A stretch of DNA of 64,000 nucleotides, taken from positions 14,034 to 78,033 of the forward strand of contig CAVWJL010000011.1 of NCBI GenBank assembly GCA_963755305.1, given 5' to 3'. Position 1 is the stretch's first letter, and each line of letters opens with the position of its first letter. The DNA comes from an uncultured Alphaproteobacteria bacterium. Its GTDB lineage: Bacteria; Pseudomonadota; Alphaproteobacteria; Rhizobiales; Xanthobacteraceae. The notes beneath the pieces are model-generated. The model was not told the DNA's origin and searched no databases. It saw only the letters and a list, made by a program, of their open reading frames with translations. The position numbers and the translations under genes are program-made. Below are positions 59,155 to 64,000 of this stretch, piece by piece.

Positions 59155-59313
59155 TCACTTGAGCCCGGTCACGATCGAAGTGAAGGTCGTATTCAAGCTG
59201 GTGCCGATCGCCTGTACGGCGACGACCATCACGATCGATAGCCCGCCCGCGATGATGGCATATTCGATGGCGGTAGCACCGGACTCATTCTTCAAGAAGC
59301 GCAATAATGGCAT
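59155..59313 (-). CDS. flp: Flp-family type IVb pilin (52 aa; below the ORF-track cutoff)
   Basis: My reverse translation is MPLLRFLKNESGATAIEYAIIAGGLSIVMVVAVQAIGTSLNTTFTSIVTGLK-stop. It has the G/ATAIEY Flp prepilin cleavage motif plus a hydrophobic helix. Confidence 0.8.
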   Translation of the reverse strand: MPLLRFLKNESGATAIEYAIIAGGLSIVMVVAVQAIGTSLNTTFTSIVTGLK

Positions 59314-59481
59314 GGTCAGCTCGCTGATTGCCCGACTGGCAGGGACAGCAACAGCGTCGCGCCGAGACGTGAATCTGAACTTGTCCTATCTCGCGTAGTT
59401 TGCAGCCAATTTTCTTAAATATCATGATTCGAGCAACGGGGGCCCGAGTCTCGGCGGCGATGCACCGCGCAACAAACAACG

Positions 59482-59525
59482 GCAAATCTCGTCTAGCGAA
59501 ATCTCGTCTAGCGAAATCTCGTGCA
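59482..59525. repeat. Three tandem copies of a 15-bp unit (GC(G)AAATCTCGTCTA)
   Basis: The units read GCAAATCTCGTCTA-GCGAAATCTCGTCTA-GCGAAATCTCGTGCA. They lie 170-210 nt upstream of the flp start. Confidence 0.9.
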
Positions 59526-60229
59526 TGGGCGATTTCAAACAAGCGTGATCCTCCGAACCGGAGAGATGTGCATGCATCGCGGGCACCGCCTGATTGCTCG
59601 GTGAAGGAACTGGAATTGCAACGGGGCGATCATAGGCATTCCAGTGCGCATCAGAATACCGCCCGAGCCATGTCATCTGAATGATCTACCTGAATTGCGA
59701 CGGGTGTGAAACGGTAGCGCAAAAACAAGAAATTGCAACAAGCGGCCTTATACGCCGCAACAGGATCGGCATCTTTATTCGATTGCACGATCCGCTCGTC
59801 ACCGTCGGTATGTTGAGGCCAAGTGAGCAATGCAATCGCCCGCCAGGCCTGGCCCGTCGCCAGATCGCCATCGACAAGGCGAGCCCGCGAGCGAATGGAC
59901 TCACTCGCAGGCTCTAACCCCAACCATCGAGGTGGTCCAATGGCCGAGGCTAAACAAATTGTACCTAAGGTTTCAGAGCGTGCGCAACCGGCCGATACCG
60001 TGATCGAACAGCAAAGATCGGAACGCTCTTCAACTTCTGCTTGGAACAAATTCAACCGATTGACGATGTCCGCCCAATGTCGGCTTATGCTTCAACTCCA
60101 GACGTAATCTTGCGCTGCGGCGAACGGTGAGCTGGAACCATGAACGGACATGGGAACGGGTCAGCGGGTGGTCGGACATTGCTCATGGGCTTGTGCTACT
60201 CTGAGTTACTAGCTTGAGGGCCCGCTCGA

Positions 60230-61210
60230 ATGATGCAACGCCGCGAATTCGTGACGCTTCTCGGCGGCGCAGCGGTCGGTTGGCCGCTCGCTGTGCAAGC
60301 ACAGCCGGCGGGGAAACTACCGACGATCGGGTTCCTGGGCACGACCACGCGTTCGGCTTGGAGCAGCTGGGTTACCGCATTTGTGCAGCGACTGAACGAA
60401 CTCGGCTGGATCGACGGGCGTACTATGGCGATCGAGTATCGCTGGGCGGAGGGACGCAACGAGCGCTTCGTTGAAATCGCGGCGGAATTCGTCCGGCTCA
60501 AGATCGATGTCATCGTCACATCGGGAGGTGCCATCCGTGCGGCACAACAAGCGACGTCGGTCATTCCGATCGTCTTTGCGGTAGCGAACGACCCGGTTGG
60601 CAGCGGCCTCGTGGCAAGCCTTTCGCGACCTGGCGGCAATGTAACCGGCCTGTCGCTTCTTGCTCCCGACCTCGCCGGTAAGCGCCTCGAAATTCTGCGC
60701 GAGGTGCTCCCCGGTCTACGCCGTTTGGGCATGCTGGCCGACGTCGGGTATCCGGCTTCCGTGCTGGAAATGGGAGAGGTGGAGGCTCCAGCCCGTGCGC
60801 TCGGTCTGGAGGTCATCAGGCTCGAAGTCCGGCGCGTGGAAGAAATCGCGCCCGCTATCGAGACGCTTCATGGACGCGCCGATGCGCTGTACGTCTGTAC
60901 AGGTCCGCTGGTCAGTACAAATCGAATTCGCATCAATACGGTGGCCAACGCCGCTCGTCTGCCGACCATGCATAGTGTACGGGAGTTCGTCGAAGCGGGC
61001 GGTCTGATGTCGTATGGTCCAAGCTATCCGGAACTATTCCGGCGCGCGGGAGAATTCGTCGACAAGATTCTGCGCGGGGCCAGGCCGGGTGACCTTCCAG
61101 TCGAGCAGCCAACCAAGTTCGAGCTTGTTTTTAATCTGGTCACGGCGAAGGCACTCGGCCTCAGGCTTTCGCCCATGTTGCTCGCGCGCGCCGACGAGGT
61201 GATCGAATAG
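60230..61210 (+). CDS. ABC transporter substrate-binding protein (ABC_sub_bind family, Tat/Sec signal)
   Basis: MMQRREFVTLLGGAAVGWPLAVQAQPAGKLPTIGFLG...IEYRWAEGRNERF...GGNVTGLS...PTKFELVFNLVTAKALGLRLSPMLLARADEVIE is the canonical family pattern. Confidence 0.85.
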   Translation: MMQRREFVTLLGGAAVGWPLAVQAQPAGKLPTIGFLGTTTRSAWSSWVTAFVQRLNELGWIDGRTMAIEYRWAEGRNERFVEIAAEFVRLKIDVIVTSGGAIRAAQQATSVIPIVFAVANDPVGSGLVASLSRPGGNVTGLSLLAPDLAGKRLEILREVLPGLRRLGMLADVGYPASVLEMGEVEAPARALGLEVIRLEVRRVEEIAPAIETLHGRADALYVCTGPLVSTNRIRINTVANAARLPTMHSVREFVEAGGLMSYGPSYPELFRRAGEFVDKILRGARPGDLPVEQPTKFELVFNLVTAKALGLRLSPMLLARADEVIE

Positions 61211-61546
61211 GTAGCCGAGCAGCCCGCGCATTGTTCCATCGTCGGACTGGCCTGGCTACCAGTCCAGGGCGAACCGGGCGGAGCGGGGGCTGAAATGTCT
61301 GGTTTTTAGATCATAGAGCAGGCCCAGCGCAACTTCAGACCGCCATTTTGTATATGTTAACTCATGACCACAATCATAAAGCGTGAGTTGGCAGAACGAA
61401 CCCAAATTGGTCCTTCAGCCGCGGAAAATCTTTGCCCTCCAATGGGGTACACGCAGCCGAAGCCGGTCCGCGGTCGGTCCCGTTGTCCGAGCGGGATATC
61501 GAGATACGATGACGGGTGACCCAGCCGATCCTCCACTGATCTCGTA

Positions 61547-62212
61547 CTATGAAGGCCCGTAAACCCGCTCGTACAAGTTCCGCAAAATGCCCGCGGTGAC
61601 CCCCCAGATGTAACGCTCGCCGAACGGCATGGCGTAGTACTTGCGCTCGATCCCCTTCCAGTCGCGGCTGTGCAGCGCATGGTTGCCCGCATCCATCAGG
61701 AAGGCGAGCGGCACCTCGAAGGCGTCGGCGACCTCGTGCGCGTTGAGCGTGAGCCGGTAGTCGGGCGAAACGCGCGCCAGCGTCGGCAGGATGCGGTAGC
61801 CGGAGAAGGTGAGATAAAGGTCGAGATAGCCGATCGGCTCGATCAGGTCGTGCCCGAGCCCGATTTCCTCCTGCGCTTCACGTAGCGCCGCCGAAGCCGG
61901 CGTCGCGTCGCCCGGGTCGATCTTGCCGCCGGGGAACGCGATCTGGCCGGGATGGCTCGGCAGTTCGGTGCGCAGCGTGAGCAGCACCGCGGGCTCGGGG
62001 CGGTCGATCACCGGGATCAGCACGGCGGCCGGACGCGTCGCCTTCACGCCGGCGCGCTCCCACATCGCGGGGTCGAGGTCGAGGTCGCCGCGCACGGCCT
62101 GGGCCGAATAGTCGCTGAGCGCGGGCGGCACCTCGAGATTGAGCCGCGCGCGGGCGCGCGCGAAGAAATCCTGGTCGGGAACGGCTTGCCCGCTCGGCAG
62201 CGCCACGTCCAT
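61547..62212 (-). CDS. CoA pyrophosphatase (NUDIX, NudL-like)
   Basis: AAVLIPVIDRPEPAVLLTLRTELPSHPGQIAFPGGKIDPGDATPASAALREAQEEIGL contains a Nudix box, with the upstream LLTxR...H-G-Q-x-x-F-P-G-G motif characteristic of CoA pyrophosphatases. Confidence 0.8.
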   Translation of the reverse strand: MDVALPSGQAVPDQDFFARARARLNLEVPPALSDYSAQAVRGDLDLDPAMWERAGVKATRPAAVLIPVIDRPEPAVLLTLRTELPSHPGQIAFPGGKIDPGDATPASAALREAQEEIGLGHDLIEPIGYLDLYLTFSGYRILPTLARVSPDYRLTLNAHEVADAFEVPLAFLMDAGNHALHSRDWKGIERKYYAMPFGERYIWGVTAGILRNLYERVYGPS

Positions 62213-62228
62213 CAGCGAAGGTCCTGCA

Positions 62229-62827
62229 TCAGACGAACTCCTTCAGGCCGTCGGCGGGAGCCATGGCGAAGAACGACCCGCCCGAGGCGACGCCGAACAT
62301 GCGCACGCCCTCCACGTCGCGCTCCTCGCCCAGTTCGACCAGATCGTAGAACAGCGCGCGCGTGACCTTGGCCCACAGGTTGCGGCGCACGTGCAGGTAG
62401 GGCTTGAGGCCGCCGGTCTGCGCCTCGCGCTCGAAGCGCAGCGGATGGTCCGCGCCGCAGGCGACCCAGTCGTCCACGTTGGTCCGAAATCGCAGATTCG
62501 CTCCGGTACGCTCGCGTCGCAAGCCAGTTCCACGGCCAGAAACGGGGCGTCGTCTACCCATATTCCGCACTTCTCCACCGGCGTGACCAGGAAGTAGCGC
62601 TCGCCTTCGCGCTTGAGTACCGAGGCGAACAGCTTGACCAGTGCCGGCCGCCCGATCGGCGTCTTCAGGTAGTACCAGGTGCCGTCGGCGGCGATGCGCA
62701 TGTCGAGGTCGCCGCAGAACGGCGGATTCCACAGTTCGACCGGCGGCGGCCCCGTGCGGGCGGCCGCGCCGGCCGCGCCCGCGATCGCGTCCAATCCACC
62801 GATTTTTGTTTGCCCTTCCTTCGCCAT
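62229..62827 (-). pseudogene. DUF1285-domain protein with a 1-nt frameshift near 62510 (or an assembly indel)
   Basis: The N-terminal half (MAKEGQTKIGG...WNPPFCGDLDMRIAADGTWYYLKTPIGRPALVKLFASVLKREGERYFLVTPVEKCGIWVDDAPFLAVEL) is in the frame of ORF 62243-63148. The C-terminal half (NLRFRTNVDDWVACGADHPLRFE...GGLKPYLHVRRNLWAKVTRALFYDLVELGE) is in the frame of ORF 62229-62861. Confidence 0.7.
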
Positions 62828-63183
62828 GGTTTGCCTGGAACTTCCGCCCGTGAGAGGCCATTTAGCGCGTGCGATTGCACTTAGCCACCGCAACGTCCGT
62901 GGATCGGGCCGGATACTTCGCTGCATCCGACAGGCAGCGCGCCCGCCGCAGCGGACAACCGGCGATGGTGGCAGACCTGCAGAAAGGCGGGATCGCGGCG
63001 CTTGAAAAATGGCGTATTCTGTAGGCAGTTGATTGGATTCGGGAATTCGAGCGCCGCAGATTGCGGCATTCAGCGTGGCACTTGGCCCGAATGTTGCAGG
63101 TTTTTTGATCAATCCGGACGCTGCGATCGACGGCCCGGAACGCAACAAATCTCGCTAACAAGCCTCGATCAAGGAGCAAGGTG

Positions 63184-64000
<817 letters not shown>

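Noticed and set aside
59415-59429. CtrA-box-like TTAA-N7-GATT upstream of flp
   Set aside because: Only one half-site matches the TTAA-N7-TTAAC consensus. A single degenerate hit in AT-richer intergenic DNA is not evidence.

Overview
GC-rich alphaproteobacterial chromosome segment. The gene content fits Bradyrhizobiaceae: a CtrA C-terminus, CIRCE-controlled groES-groEL, a LemA/TPM operon, DUF1285-MoxR, DUF2336/PilZ genes and several 'ABC_sub_bind'-type solute-binding paralogues. I recognised no rRNA, tRNA or CRISPR array.

The window is a mosaic of four parts.

(1) 0.2-13.4 kb is an accessory island directly downstream of ctrA.
- It holds remnants of IS110, IS1182, IS91 and IS5 family elements plus one intact IS5-family copy.
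- It carries a glycosylation-like trio: a SAM methyltransferase, a plant-RGP/GT75-like protein and a GT-A-like protein.
- It carries an APS-kinase-like/cytidylyltransferase fusion.
- It carries a NUDIX gene divergent from a 1,023-aa protein with two cNMP-binding domains and a nucleoside-phosphorylase-like C-terminus. This is my top candidate for an undescribed nucleotide-signal-gated effector.

(2) 14-38 kb holds stress and housekeeping genes.
- LemA/TPM, a decayed Cu/Ag efflux locus, a KdpD-like kinase, an MFS transporter and groESL.
- A pyruvoyl arginine decarboxylase-agmatinase-HdeD module and a FtsX/ABC pair.

(3) 38-59 kb is a signalling and repeat-protein region.
- TPR, WD40, TIR-TM-TPR and Sel1 proteins.
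- A GGDEF-EAL protein, three PilZ genes, a heavily frameshifted HK-REC-Hpt-EAL gene, and orphan TadG/Flp genes.
- Three paralogous ~250-300-nt structured non-coding elements on the minus strand. Each ends in a terminator hairpin, and the hairpin pairs fully only on the minus strand.

(4) 60-64 kb is a conserved core: solute-binding protein, CoA pyrophosphatase, DUF1285 and MoxR.

Single-nucleotide frameshifts are unusually frequent and unevenly distributed across the window.
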